A stretch of DNA of 64,000 bases from Candidatus Eiseniibacteriota bacterium (GCA_031431875.1 JANPEF010000061.1:43412-107411), one strand, 5' to 3'. Positions 17,415 through 27,440 are shown, counted from the stretch's first letter. Notes: generated from the sequence alone by a model not told the origin. Program-made: numbers and translations.

Positions 17415-18440
17415 GTGACGCAGGGGAAGTCTCGCATCCTGGTTGCCGACGACGAGCCGAACCTGCGTGAGGCGCTGCGCATCCTCCTCGATCGGAACGA
17501 CTTCACCGTCCTGCTCGCCGTCGATGGGCAGGAGGCCGTCGAGATCGCACAGCGCGAGCAGCCGGACCTCGTGCTCCTCGACGTCATGATGCCGCGCATG
17601 GACGGCTACGAGGCGTGCCGCACGCTGCGCGCCCACTACCGCACGGGCCATATCCCGATCATCATGCTCACGGCGAAGTCGCAGCAGGAGGACGATCGCG
17701 TCCAGGGCCTGTCCCAGGGCGCGAACGACTACATCGGCAAGCCGTGGCATGGCAAGGAACTGGTTCAGCGCATCAAGAACCACCTCGAGTGGGCGAAGAC
17801 CCAGCGCTCCGTGAGCCCGCTCACCGGGCTGCCGGGCAACCTGTCGATTCTCGCCGAGCGACAGCGCCGCGTCGACGCGGGCCAGACGTTCGCCCAGATG
17901 TTCCTCGACATCGACAGCTTCAAGTCGTTCAACGATCGCTACGGCTTCCCGGTCGGCGACACCGCGATCACCGCCGTTGCCGACGTGCTCGCGCAGGTCA
18001 TCGAGACGCAGGGACGGCCCGGCGACTTCGTCGGCCACATCGGCGGCGACGACTTCACGGTGGTCACCGAGCCCGACCGCGCGGAGAGCCTCGCCGAGGC
18101 CATGAAGAACGCTCTCGAGGAGCGCATGCCGCTGCTCTACGAGGAGGAGGATCGGGCCCGTGGCTCGGTGCGCGTCCTCAACCGGCGCCACGAGTACGAA
18201 GACTTCCCGCTCATGAGCGTGACGATTGCGCATGCGACGTACGATCCGGCGACGGGGATGCACCTGGCGCAGCTCGACGATCAGCTGCGCGAGCTCAAGG
18301 AGTACGGAAAGAGCCTGCCTGGCTTCGTCGTCGCCAGCGAGCGCCGGCGCAGACGTGTCGACGCCGGGCCCGAGACGGCCTGGGGCAGCCCGCCGAAACT
18401 CGAGGCGCCACCGCCCCAGCGGAAGTCGAAGGCGGCGTGA
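17415..18440 (+). CDS. Response regulator with diguanylate cyclase output (REC-GGDEF)
   Basis: REC: ADDE, LLDVMMPRMDG, LTAK, KP. GGDEF: PLTGLPGN, DIDSFKSFNDRYG...GD, HIGGDDF. Confidence 0.93.
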   Translation: MTQGKSRILVADDEPNLREALRILLDRNDFTVLLAVDGQEAVEIAQREQPDLVLLDVMMPRMDGYEACRTLRAHYRTGHIPIIMLTAKSQQEDDRVQGLSQGANDYIGKPWHGKELVQRIKNHLEWAKTQRSVSPLTGLPGNLSILAERQRRVDAGQTFAQMFLDIDSFKSFNDRYGFPVGDTAITAVADVLAQVIETQGRPGDFVGHIGGDDFTVVTEPDRAESLAEAMKNALEERMPLLYEEEDRARGSVRVLNRRHEYEDFPLMSVTIAHATYDPATGMHLAQLDDQLRELKEYGKSLPGFVVASERRRRRVDAGPETAWGSPPKLEAPPPQRKSKAA

Positions 18441-20689
18441 GTCTCCGGCCCGCCCAGCGAACTCGCGGCGTCGCGGTCGGAACGCTCGCGCCCGCCACGG
18501 TGAGCTCGCCGTGCGCGGCCGCGGCATTCGTGCTGACCACCAGCGGCGATGTCACCGCGCACATCGACGTGTGCGCCGAGGCCGCAAGGGGGGCGGTCGG
18601 CGGGACAGCCTGGCGGCTGGATCATCTCGAGGCCGCAAGCGGAACGCTGCACGCCCACTCCTTCGACGGCCCGGTCCTCCTGCCCGAGCCCGGCGGCGCG
18701 CTCGAATGGCTGCTGCATCACGAGGCGCCACTCGTGCGCGAAGATGCGGCGGCCGAGGCGTTCGGTCCCGGGGCCACGGGCGCGATTCTCGGCCTGCCCG
18801 TGCGCGCGGGCGACATCCTCTTCGGCTTCCTGCGCATCGCCCTGCCGGCCGTCCCGCTGGCGGGTGTCGCCGCGCCCGGCGTGGCGAACGCGCGCGTCTT
18901 CGCCGACCTGTGTGCGCTCGCGCTCGAACGCCACGCCGGTGAGCTTCAACTCGCCCGCCAGCGCGAGCGCATGGAGGCGCTCGAGCTCAAGGCCAACGCG
19001 GGCGAGACGCTGTTCAGCGAGCTGATCGCCGTCGTCGCGCACGAGATCCGCACGCCGCTGACCTCGATCAAGGCCTACACCGAGGCGCTGATCGACGCGC
19101 CGAGCGACGAGTTCGAGCGCCGCCGTGAGTTCCTGCACGTCATCGACGAGGAGTGTGATCGCCTGGGCCGTCTGGTCGGCGACGCGCTCGACCTGTCGCG
19201 CCTCGAGGCCGGCCTGCGCCTGCTCAAGGTGAAGCCGATGACGGCGACGACGCTGCTCGAGGACGTGGTGACCACGCTGGAGCCCGATGCGACGAAGCAT
19301 GGTGTCGCGCTGGTGATCGAGGAGGGCGTGGCCATCGACGACGTCGAGGCCGACGGCGACCTGCTCAAGCAACTGCTGTTCAACCTGGTGGGCAACGCGA
19401 TCAAGTTCTCGCCGGCGGACACGACGGTCACGTTGCGCGCCGAGACCCACGGTCAAGGCCAGTGGCGCCTGTCGGTCAGCGACCAGGGCGGCGGCATTCC
19501 CGAGGACCAGCTCGAGCGGATCTTCGAGCGGTTCCACCGCGTCGAGCTCAAGAGCGGCCGGCGCGTCCAGGGCACGGGGCTGGGACTGGCCATCGCGCGG
19601 CACATCGTCGACCTGCACGGCGGTCGCCTGTGGGTCGAGAATGCGCCGACCGGCGGCTCGATCTTCTCGGCGCTCCTGCCGCGGCGGCAGCTCGCGCCGG
19701 CGCAGGTGCGCTCGGTCGCGGCCGCGCTGGCGCGTCGGGCCGACGTCGCCGACCTGCTCGACGCGGCGATGGGCATGATCGCCGAGGTCATGGCGGCGGA
19801 CATCGTCTCGACGCTGCTGGTCGACGCCGCGGCGGGCGACCTGTGCATCGTGGCGTCGCGCGGGCTCGATCCGGACGCCCGCTCGCGGCGTATGCACTTC
19901 CGCGGCGGCGTTGCCGGTGCGGTGCTGTCGGCCGGACAGCCGGTGCGCGTCGAGAACATCGAGACCGATCGTCGCTTCGGCAAGAAGAGCCATCCGCAGT
20001 ATTCGACGAAGTCGCTGCTGTGCGCGCCGCTGGCGGTCGGGGGCGTCGTCGTCGGCGTGGTCAACGTCACCGACAAGCGCTCGCGCGCCGAGTTCGACGA
20101 GTCGGACCTGGAACTGCTCACGTCTCTGGTCGATCGAATCTCGGCGGCGCTGTCGCGCGCCCACGCCTATCCCGACTCGACGGCGGTGGTCGCCGAGGCG
20201 AAGGCCTCGGTGCAGTCCGTGGCACGCGTGCGGCGCGACCTGTGGCTCGGCGACTCCGAGCTGTCGCGCCACGCGACGCGTGTCGCCGGACGCGTGGGCG
20301 TCGATCTCGCAACGGCGGCGGCGATCGCGCGCCTGACCGCGGGCGACGCGGGTGACGCGGGCGACGCGGACGGGGTGTGGTCCGCCGACGCGGCGAGCGC
20401 CGCGCGCGCGTTGCTGCTGTCGCGTGCCGAGCGCCTCGACGGCAGCGGCCGCCCCCATGGCCTGCGCGGCGAGGCGATCCCGATGGGCGCCCGCATCCTC
20501 GGAGTCATCGACGAGTTCGAGAGCATGACCCATGGGCGATCGTATCGCACCGCGTTCACCGTTGACGAGGCGCTCGGCGCGTTGCGCGAGGCCGCCGGCA
20601 CCCGGTTCGACGCGGGGGTGATCGAGGCGCTGGCCGCCTCGCTCGCCGACGAGGGCTGGATGGGCGACGAACGGGAGGAGGCGGCCTGA
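18437..20689 (+). CDS. Cytoplasmic sensor histidine kinase: GAF-like, HisKA, HATPase, GAF, degenerate HD-GYP (750 aa)
   Basis: AHEIRTPLTSI, NAIKFS, DQGGGIP, GTGLGLAI. GAF KSLLCAPL...GVVNV. Tail ERLDGSGRPHGLRGEAIPMGARI...SYR. GTG start overlaps the upstream stop; the start is uncertain. Confidence 0.88.
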   Translation: MSLRPAQRTRGVAVGTLAPATVSSPCAAAAFVLTTSGDVTAHIDVCAEAARGAVGGTAWRLDHLEAASGTLHAHSFDGPVLLPEPGGALEWLLHHEAPLVREDAAAEAFGPGATGAILGLPVRAGDILFGFLRIALPAVPLAGVAAPGVANARVFADLCALALERHAGELQLARQRERMEALELKANAGETLFSELIAVVAHEIRTPLTSIKAYTEALIDAPSDEFERRREFLHVIDEECDRLGRLVGDALDLSRLEAGLRLLKVKPMTATTLLEDVVTTLEPDATKHGVALVIEEGVAIDDVEADGDLLKQLLFNLVGNAIKFSPADTTVTLRAETHGQGQWRLSVSDQGGGIPEDQLERIFERFHRVELKSGRRVQGTGLGLAIARHIVDLHGGRLWVENAPTGGSIFSALLPRRQLAPAQVRSVAAALARRADVADLLDAAMGMIAEVMAADIVSTLLVDAAAGDLCIVASRGLDPDARSRRMHFRGGVAGAVLSAGQPVRVENIETDRRFGKKSHPQYSTKSLLCAPLAVGGVVVGVVNVTDKRSRAEFDESDLELLTSLVDRISAALSRAHAYPDSTAVVAEAKASVQSVARVRRDLWLGDSELSRHATRVAGRVGVDLATAAAIARLTAGDAGDAGDADGVWSADAASAARALLLSRAERLDGSGRPHGLRGEAIPMGARILGVIDEFESMTHGRSYRTAFTVDEALGALREAAGTRFDAGVIEALAASLADEGWMGDEREEAA

Positions 20690-23046
20690 TGGGACGCACC
20701 GCCCGGCCGCGGGGGATCCGCGGCGGCTCGGTCAAGTCGACGTGGAGCGAGATGCAGCAGCTCCGCCAGCGCGTGCGCGATCTCGAGCAGATGCGCGAGC
20801 GCCTGTCGCGGCTCTACTTCAGCCAGGTCGAGACCGGCAAGGCGCGCATGGAGAAGCTCCATCGCATCCTCGAGGTCGTGACGAGGCTCAACTCGAGCCT
20901 CGACATCGATTCGCTGCTGGGCCAGATCGTGGGCGCCGTGCAGAAGAGCCTGGGCTTCCGCATCGTGCTGCTGCGCATCCTCGATCCGCAGTCGAACGCG
21001 CTGCGCGCCCGCGCCTTCGCCGGCCTGTCGCCCGTGGCGATCGCGCACCTCGAGGCCGCGGACGTGCCGGTCGGCGAGTTCCAGTCGTGGTTGACGGACG
21101 AATCCCGGGTCAGCCGCTCGTACTTCATCAGCCACAAGAACCAGTTCAGCCGTCGCCTGCCGGACGGCATCGTCCACGACCTGGGCACGCGCGAGGACTG
21201 GGAGTGGCATCCCGAGGACGTGCTGCTCGTGCCGCTGTACACGCGCACGGGCGAGCTCATGGCGTATCTCTCGGTCGACGATCCGGTCGACCGGCTGGTG
21301 CCGTCGCGCGAGACCATCGAGATGCTCGAGATCTTCGGCAACCACGTGGTCGTGGCGCTCGAAAACTCGCGCCTGGTCCAGTCGCTGGGCGAGCACGGGC
21401 GCGAGCTCGAGGTCGTGAACCGTCGCATGGGCGAGCTCAACCAGCTCAAGTCGGCGTTCCTCTCCGCCGTATCGCACGAACTGCGCACGCCGCTGACCGC
21501 GATCCGGGCCTACCTCGACAGCCTGCGCGACGACCTCGACAAGCCCGGCCTCGAGGCGCCGCTGCGCTTCGTCGGCATCCTCGACGAGGAGAGCCGCCGA
21601 CTCTCCGACCTGATCGACTCGATCCTGTCGTTCTCGCACCTCGAGCGGGGGAGCAATCCGCTCGAGTTCCGGTCCCTCGATGTGGCCGGGCCGCTGGAGG
21701 CCGCGGCGCTGGCGCTCAAGCCCATGGCGGAGGCCAAGAAGGTTTCCCTTCAGACCGAGCTGCGGGCTGCCGACATCAGGATCGAGGCGGATCTGGAGCT
21801 GCTCAAGCAGCTCATCCTTCACCTGGGCGGCAACGCGATCAAGTTCACCGCGCCCGGTGGGGCAGTTCGCATCACGGCGGACGCCGACGATCGGGGCCTC
21901 GTCCTCACGGTCGAGGACACCGGGATCGGCATTCCCGAGGACCAGCTCGATCGCATCTTCGAGCGTTTCTACCAGGTCGACCAGAGCCTGGTGCGGCGCT
22001 TCGGGGGCACGGGGCTGGGTCTCGCGCTGTGCAAGTCGATCGTCGAGGTGCACGGCGGCAGCATCGCGGTGGAGTCGACGATCGGCGAGGGATCGACGTT
22101 CACGGCGCGCTTGCCGCGCCAGGCGAAGAATCCCGCGGCACAGGCCGCGCCGACGCCGGTGACGGCGCACGGCGACGCGGACGAGGCGCTGCGTCTCAAC
22201 CTGGCCTGGACGGCGGGAGTCCTCGGACTCGAACGGGTCGCGCTGCTGGCGCCCGCTCACGGGGGACACGCGGTACGGGCGTCGATCGGGTTGCCGGTAC
22301 GGGCCGATCGGGGCGGAGACGACGCGCTCGCCACGCTCGGCGAGGGCCCGCGTCTCGCGGTTCCGGTGGTGCACGAGGGCCGGACGATCGGCTCGCTCGT
22401 GACGACCTGGCCCGCGACACACGGTCCGGCGGAGGAGGCGGTGCTCGCCTCGCTGGCGGAGCGGATCGGTTCGGTGCTGGCGCACGCGAACCGGATGCAG
22501 GAAGCGCACGCGGCCATGGCTGGATCGGCCGAGTTGTTGCGCGGGGAAGTGACGCGACTGTCGCTCGGTCGCGTAGCCACGTCGGACCGGGTGCGGCGCG
22601 CGCGACAACTGGCGCGAACCCTGGGTCTGCCGCCCGACCAGGCGGCGCACGTGGCGTGGGCGGCGGCGGCCGATGCGGTGGACGCCACGCTGTTCGACGG
22701 ACGCCTCGGCGATACCGCGAGCGACCGGCCCGAGGCCGTCCGCGAGATCCTCGCGCATCGCCACGAGCGCGTCGATGGTGCGGGAACGCCGCAGGGGCTG
22801 GTGGGCGACGAAATCGCCCTCGGGGCGCGGATCCTCGCGGTGGTGGCCGCCTTCGAGGAGGCGGTCGAGGGCACCAGCGGGGTCGCGAGTTGTTCGGCGG
22901 TGGACGCGATCGAAGACTTGTGGATGCGGGTCGGGCACGAGTTCGACCCGATGGTGGTGGAAGCACTCGTCGTACTCGGGGTCGAGGAGGGATGGCTCGA
23001 CCGGGGATGGGCCCAGGGCTCGTCCGACGCCGCGGAGGCGGCATGA
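20689..23046 (+). CDS. Cytoplasmic sensor histidine kinase: GAF, HisKA, HATPase, degenerate HD-GYP
   Basis: SHELRTPLTAI, NAIKFT, DTGIGIP, GGTGLGLA. Tail HRHERVDGAGTPQGLVGDEIALGARI. Confidence 0.9.
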   Translation: MGRTARPRGIRGGSVKSTWSEMQQLRQRVRDLEQMRERLSRLYFSQVETGKARMEKLHRILEVVTRLNSSLDIDSLLGQIVGAVQKSLGFRIVLLRILDPQSNALRARAFAGLSPVAIAHLEAADVPVGEFQSWLTDESRVSRSYFISHKNQFSRRLPDGIVHDLGTREDWEWHPEDVLLVPLYTRTGELMAYLSVDDPVDRLVPSRETIEMLEIFGNHVVVALENSRLVQSLGEHGRELEVVNRRMGELNQLKSAFLSAVSHELRTPLTAIRAYLDSLRDDLDKPGLEAPLRFVGILDEESRRLSDLIDSILSFSHLERGSNPLEFRSLDVAGPLEAAALALKPMAEAKKVSLQTELRAADIRIEADLELLKQLILHLGGNAIKFTAPGGAVRITADADDRGLVLTVEDTGIGIPEDQLDRIFERFYQVDQSLVRRFGGTGLGLALCKSIVEVHGGSIAVESTIGEGSTFTARLPRQAKNPAAQAAPTPVTAHGDADEALRLNLAWTAGVLGLERVALLAPAHGGHAVRASIGLPVRADRGGDDALATLGEGPRLAVPVVHEGRTIGSLVTTWPATHGPAEEAVLASLAERIGSVLAHANRMQEAHAAMAGSAELLRGEVTRLSLGRVATSDRVRRARQLARTLGLPPDQAAHVAWAAAADAVDATLFDGRLGDTASDRPEAVREILAHRHERVDGAGTPQGLVGDEIALGARILAVVAAFEEAVEGTSGVASCSAVDAIEDLWMRVGHEFDPMVVEALVVLGVEEGWLDRGWAQGSSDAAEAA

Positions 23047-23080
23047 CCGCTCCATCCAGCCAGACAGGGAGGTGATTCGG

Positions 23081-23488
23081 GTGTCCAAGGGTCGCATTCT
23101 GGTGGTCGACGACGAGGTGTACATCGTCCACATTCTCGACTTCTCGCTCGGCATGGAGGGTTACGAAGTCGTGACCGCCCTCGACGGCGAGCAGGCGCTC
23201 GAACGGGTCGCGCAGCAGAAGCCCGACCTCATCGTGCTCGATATCATGATGCCGAAGCTCGACGGCTACGAGACCTGCAAGGCGCTCAAGAGCCGCGAGG
23301 AGACACGCGACATCCCGGTCATCCTGCTCTCGGCCAAGGGGCGCAACGTCGACCAGAAGACCGGCTTCGAGGTCGGCGCCGACGACTACATCACGAAGCC
23401 GTTCTCGCCGCGCAAGCTGGTCGAGCGGATCAACGCCATCCTCGGTCACGCCAACTCGAGCGACGTCCAGGAGCGCCAGGCCTCCTGA
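23081..23488 (+). CDS. Single-domain response regulator
   Basis: GTG after GGAGGT. ILVVDDE, LDIMMPKLDG, LSAK, TKPF. No output domain. Confidence 0.93.
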   Translation: MSKGRILVVDDEVYIVHILDFSLGMEGYEVVTALDGEQALERVAQQKPDLIVLDIMMPKLDGYETCKALKSREETRDIPVILLSAKGRNVDQKTGFEVGADDYITKPFSPRKLVERINAILGHANSSDVQERQAS

Positions 23489-23586
23489 GCGCACCTGGCG
23501 CACGGGCCGCCCGCAGCGGCGGCCGTGTCGTGGAAGACGGGGCTGCAGCCGTGGAAACCGGGGCCGCCGCAGCGTAGACTCCGCGC

Positions 23587-25731
23587 GTGAGCTTCGTCCG
23601 CGTCGCCTTCCCCGTCCCCGTTCGCCAGACCTTCCTCTATTCCGTTCCACCCGAGCTCGAGTCGCGGGCGCGACCCGGCGCCGAGGTGCGTTGCCCATTT
23701 GGCGCGCGCGAGCGCCGGGGGTTCGTCGTCGAGCCCGCGCGCGAAGCCGATCGCCACGGGGTGAAGGCGATCCTCGGGGTGGTCGGCGACGACGTCGTCT
23801 TCCCGCCCGACCTGCTGCGCCTGTGTTCGTGGATCGCCGACTACTACCTGGCGCCCATCGGGCGCGTGCTCGCCGCGGCGCTGCCGGGCGGGCTCGAGGG
23901 TTTTGGCGGCAGCCGCGCTCGCAAGCAGGCGGGGGCCGGCGGCGGCGCGCACACCGCGCTCGTCGCGCCCGGTGCGATCGCACCCGTCGGCGATCCGGGA
24001 GGGACCGGGACGCACAAGCTCACCGCGGCCCAGCACGCCGCCGGCGAGGCGATCGCCCGCGCGCTCGACGCACGCGCCTACGCCGCCTTCCTGCTCCACG
24101 GCGTCACCGGCAGCGGAAAGACGGAGGTCTACCTCGCCGCGGCGCGTGCCACGATTGCGGGCGGCCGCCGCGTGCTCGTGCTCGTGCCCGAGGTCGCGCT
24201 CGCCCACCAGATCGTGCACGCCTTCCGCGCCCGCTTCGGCGACCGCGTCGGCGTGCTCCACTCCTACCTGGCACTCGGCGAGCGCCGCGCCACGTGGGAG
24301 CGCGCCCGCCGCGGCGGGCTCGACGTCGTCGTCGGCGCGCGCTCGGCCGTGTTCGCGCCGCTGCCCGGCCTGGGGCTGGTGCTGGTCGACGAGGAGCACG
24401 ACTCGACCTACAAGCAGAGCGAGCAGGTTCGCTACCACGGTCGCGACACGGCGCTGGTGCGCGCGCGGCTGGCCAACGCGGTCGCCGTGCTCGGCTCGGC
24501 GACGCCCAGTCTCGAGTCGTTCGCCAACGTCGAGCGCGGCAAGTACCGCCGCCTCGAATTGCCGGAGCGTGTCGACGGCCGCCCGCTCCCGGTGATCGAG
24601 CTGGTCGACCTCAACGAGGTCGCGCGTGAGGCAGCACCGGTGGCGTCCGCGGTCGCTGCGGCACCTCGTCGTCCCCGTCGCGCGCCCGGGCTGTTCACGC
24701 CGCCGCTGCTCGATGCGCTCGCCGCGACGCTCTCGCGCAAGGAACAGGCGCTCGTGTTCCTCAACCGGCGCGGGCACACGCGCATCGTCGAGTGTGAGGA
24801 CTGCGGCCACGTCGAGTCCTGCCCGGCGTGCGACGTGGCGCTCACCTACCATCGCAGCGACGAGCGGTTCCGCTGCCACTACTGCGCCTTCGAGCGACCG
24901 GCGACCGGCGCGTGCCCGAAGTGCGCGAGCCCGTTCTTCCGCCACAAGGGCTCGGGCACGCAGCGTGCCGAGAAGGAACTCGCCACGCACTTTCCGCAGG
25001 CGCGCGTCCTGCGCCTCGACTCGGACAGCGCCCGGCCGCGCGGCGAACAGGCGCGCATCCTCGGTGCGTTCGGCCGCGGCGAGGCCGAAATTCTGCTGGG
25101 CACGCAGATGATCGCCAAGGGCCTCGACTTTCACGGCGTCACGCTGGTCGGTGTCGTCTCGGCCGACGGCTCGCTGCACATGCCCGACTTCCGCGCCGCC
25201 GAGCGCACGTTCCAGACGCTGGTCCAGGTGGCCGGCCGCGCCGGCCGCGGCACGCGCCCGGGGCGCGTCGTCGCCCAGACGCGCGCCGCCGATCACTACG
25301 CGCTGGTGGCCGCGCAGCAGCACGACTTCGCCGCGTTCGTGGCGCGCGAGAGCATCCATCGCCGCGACTTCGGCTACCCGCCGTACGGGCGGCTGGTCGC
25401 TTTCGGGATCGCCGGCGTCGACGAGGAAAAGGTGGTCGACGCAGCGACGCGCGTGGCGGCGCGGGCGCGGATCGCGGCGAGCGCCGGAACCGCGACCGGC
25501 GCTGCCGGAACCGCGGGCGAGATGCAGGTGCTCGGCCCGGCGCCGGCGCCGCTGGCGCGCCTGCGCAGCAAGCACCGCTGGCGGGTGACGCTCAAGGCCG
25601 CCGACGCGGCGTCGCTCCACGCCGCCGCGCGCGCCACCCTGGACGGGCTCGAGCACCCGGCGACGGCGGCGGATCGCCTGCCTGCCGGGGTGGCGTTGAC
25701 CGTGGATGTCGATCCGTACGACCTGCTGTGA
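23587..25731 (+). CDS. priA: Primosomal protein N' (PriA helicase)
   Basis: GVTGSGKTEVY, DEEHD, LGSATPS, NRRG, four CxxC pairs, GTQMIAKGLDF, QVAGRAGR, DVDP. Confidence 0.97.
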   Translation: MSFVRVAFPVPVRQTFLYSVPPELESRARPGAEVRCPFGARERRGFVVEPAREADRHGVKAILGVVGDDVVFPPDLLRLCSWIADYYLAPIGRVLAAALPGGLEGFGGSRARKQAGAGGGAHTALVAPGAIAPVGDPGGTGTHKLTAAQHAAGEAIARALDARAYAAFLLHGVTGSGKTEVYLAAARATIAGGRRVLVLVPEVALAHQIVHAFRARFGDRVGVLHSYLALGERRATWERARRGGLDVVVGARSAVFAPLPGLGLVLVDEEHDSTYKQSEQVRYHGRDTALVRARLANAVAVLGSATPSLESFANVERGKYRRLELPERVDGRPLPVIELVDLNEVAREAAPVASAVAAAPRRPRRAPGLFTPPLLDALAATLSRKEQALVFLNRRGHTRIVECEDCGHVESCPACDVALTYHRSDERFRCHYCAFERPATGACPKCASPFFRHKGSGTQRAEKELATHFPQARVLRLDSDSARPRGEQARILGAFGRGEAEILLGTQMIAKGLDFHGVTLVGVVSADGSLHMPDFRAAERTFQTLVQVAGRAGRGTRPGRVVAQTRAADHYALVAAQQHDFAAFVARESIHRRDFGYPPYGRLVAFGIAGVDEEKVVDAATRVAARARIAASAGTATGAAGTAGEMQVLGPAPAPLARLRSKHRWRVTLKAADAASLHAAARATLDGLEHPATAADRLPAGVALTVDVDPYDLL

Positions 25732-25844
25732 GGGCGCGGGCCCGCCCGACGCCCGCCCGTCCTGCGGCGATTCCGCCGCAGTCGGCAGCACCCGGGGCCG
25801 CGACGAATGCCCCGCGACCGCGCCCCGGGCGGCGGCCATCCGCC

Positions 25845-25874
25845 TTGACACCCATTTGTCCCCGCGGCTAGCCT
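25845..25874 (+). promoter_or_regulatory. Putative sigma70 promoter upstream of the TPR gene
   Basis: TTGACA-N18-TAGCCT. Confidence 0.5.
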
Positions 25875-25962
25875 CCTAACCGTAAGCGCTTTCGGAAGTT
25901 CCATCCTGCCATGTCGCGGGGGACGCCGCGCCCGATCGCCGCGAGCGAACCCGCCCTTTTCC

Positions 25963-25978
25963 GGGCACGTGCTTTGCG
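25963..25978 (+). promoter_or_regulatory. Putative sigma54 promoter upstream of the TPR gene
   Basis: GGGCACGTGCTTTGCG (GG-N10-GC), 57 nt upstream of the start. Confidence 0.55.
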
Positions 25979-26034
25979 CTACACCAAGGGAGTCGCTTCG
26001 CTGCGGGCGAGCGCAACGAAAGGAGTGCCTCAAC

Positions 26035-27438
26035 GTGAAGACATCGATGATCGGAACGGTCCTTGTCGCCTTCGCCGCCACCCTGGTCCTGGCGCCGCAG
26101 GCCGGCGCGCGCGACTTCCGCGTGGCCGGCGGCATCCAGTACGTGATCCAGGGCACCAAGGAGAAGGAAAAGGGCAACCTCGAGGATGCGCAGCGCATCT
26201 TCGGCAAGGCCGTCACGAACCTGAAGATGGGCGTCGAGAACGATCCGAAGGACAACGAGGCGTGGCTCTACCTGGGCCAGGCGTACGGCGAGCTCGACAG
26301 CACGAAGCAGTGTGGCGATGCCTTCGCCGAGGCCGTCCGCCGCCTGCAGGGCGATCCGAAGCTCCTCAAGCGTGCGACCGACAACCGCGACTACTTCTTC
26401 AATGCCGCCTACAACGACGGCCTGAAGAAGTACAAGGACGCGACCGCCATCATGGCGGCCGAGGAGATCCCCAACTCGACCGACCCCAAGGCGGCCGAGG
26501 CCAAGGCCAAGCTGGCCGAGGCTCAGGTGTCGTTCCAGAAGGCGATCGACATCAACGGCACGCGCGCCATCGCCTACGACAACCTGGCGATCATGCTGGC
26601 GCTGCAGGGCAAGTTCGACCAGGCCGGCCCGGTCGTCGATGCGGGCCTCGCCAACTCCGACCCCAAGGACGGCCCCGAGTACGAGCGCCTCAAGAGCCGC
26701 AAGGACTCGCTCTACAACAACGCCGTCATCGAGCGCCTGAAGGCCAACGACTACGACGGCGCGATCGCGCTGCTCGACGGCATCCTGGTCAAGAACCCGA
26801 ACGACTTCGGCGTGCTGACGCGCGCGGCACAGACCTCGTTCGAAAAGGCGAAGAAGCTCGAAGAGGCCAAGGACGAGGCCGGCGCGAAGGCCGCGTACGC
26901 GCAGGCGGCGGGTTATTTCGGCCGCGCCGTTCCAGTCGCGCCCGACGAGTCGAACAAGAAGGACATGATGTACAATCAGGTCGTGGCCAGCCAGGCTGCG
27001 GGCGATCCGAAGACCGCGGCCAGGGTCGCCTTCGACCTCGTGCAGATCGACCCGAAGGACGTCACCTATCACCGGCTGCTGCGCAGCGCCTACGACAAGA
27101 TGCGCGCGGTGGACAAGGCGGCCGAGGAGGTCTGGGCCATCCTGGGTCTCGGCGACACCGCAACGCCGGTTGCCGATCTGCCCGCATTCCTCGCCACGGT
27201 CACCAAGACCAGCGAGGCCGGCAAGGCCCTGGCCCAGTTCGGCCCGCCCGATGAGGTCCGCCAGTTCAACAGCGGGGACATGAAGGTGGACGTCTGGTAC
27301 TGGTGGACGAAGAAGCGCTGCATCGCGTTCACCGGCGGGCGCAAGGTCGGCGAAGCAAACTTTGGTGAGTTCGCGGGCGACGTGCCGGCGCCGACGGCGA
27401 AGCCGGCGACCAAGGCCGGCGCGACCAAGAAGGGCTGA
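26035..27438 (+). CDS. Secreted tetratricopeptide-repeat protein
   Basis: GTG after AAGGAG. Signal peptide. TPR-like helices (DPKDNEAWLYLGQAY, AYDNLAIML). C-terminal small domain FGPPDEVR...VWYWW resembles a SmpA/BamE-like motif. Confidence 0.82.
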   Translation: MKTSMIGTVLVAFAATLVLAPQAGARDFRVAGGIQYVIQGTKEKEKGNLEDAQRIFGKAVTNLKMGVENDPKDNEAWLYLGQAYGELDSTKQCGDAFAEAVRRLQGDPKLLKRATDNRDYFFNAAYNDGLKKYKDATAIMAAEEIPNSTDPKAAEAKAKLAEAQVSFQKAIDINGTRAIAYDNLAIMLALQGKFDQAGPVVDAGLANSDPKDGPEYERLKSRKDSLYNNAVIERLKANDYDGAIALLDGILVKNPNDFGVLTRAAQTSFEKAKKLEEAKDEAGAKAAYAQAAGYFGRAVPVAPDESNKKDMMYNQVVASQAAGDPKTAARVAFDLVQIDPKDVTYHRLLRSAYDKMRAVDKAAEEVWAILGLGDTATPVADLPAFLATVTKTSEAGKALAQFGPPDEVRQFNSGDMKVDVWYWWTKKRCIAFTGGRKVGEANFGEFAGDVPAPTAKPATKAGATKKG

Positions 27439-27440
27439 CC

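Noticed and set aside
17890..18060. Possible Hypr-type (cGAMP-making) GGDEF
   Set aside because: The specificity position retains Asp (YGFPVGD), as in ordinary diguanylate cyclases.
17615..18436. Long N-terminal extensions in the ORF track (e.g. ORFs starting 17615, 38349, 39020, 41409, 52809, 55372, 56301)
   Set aside because: They overlap upstream genes in another frame. Starts were reassigned to RBS-supported or coupled codons where family motifs begin.
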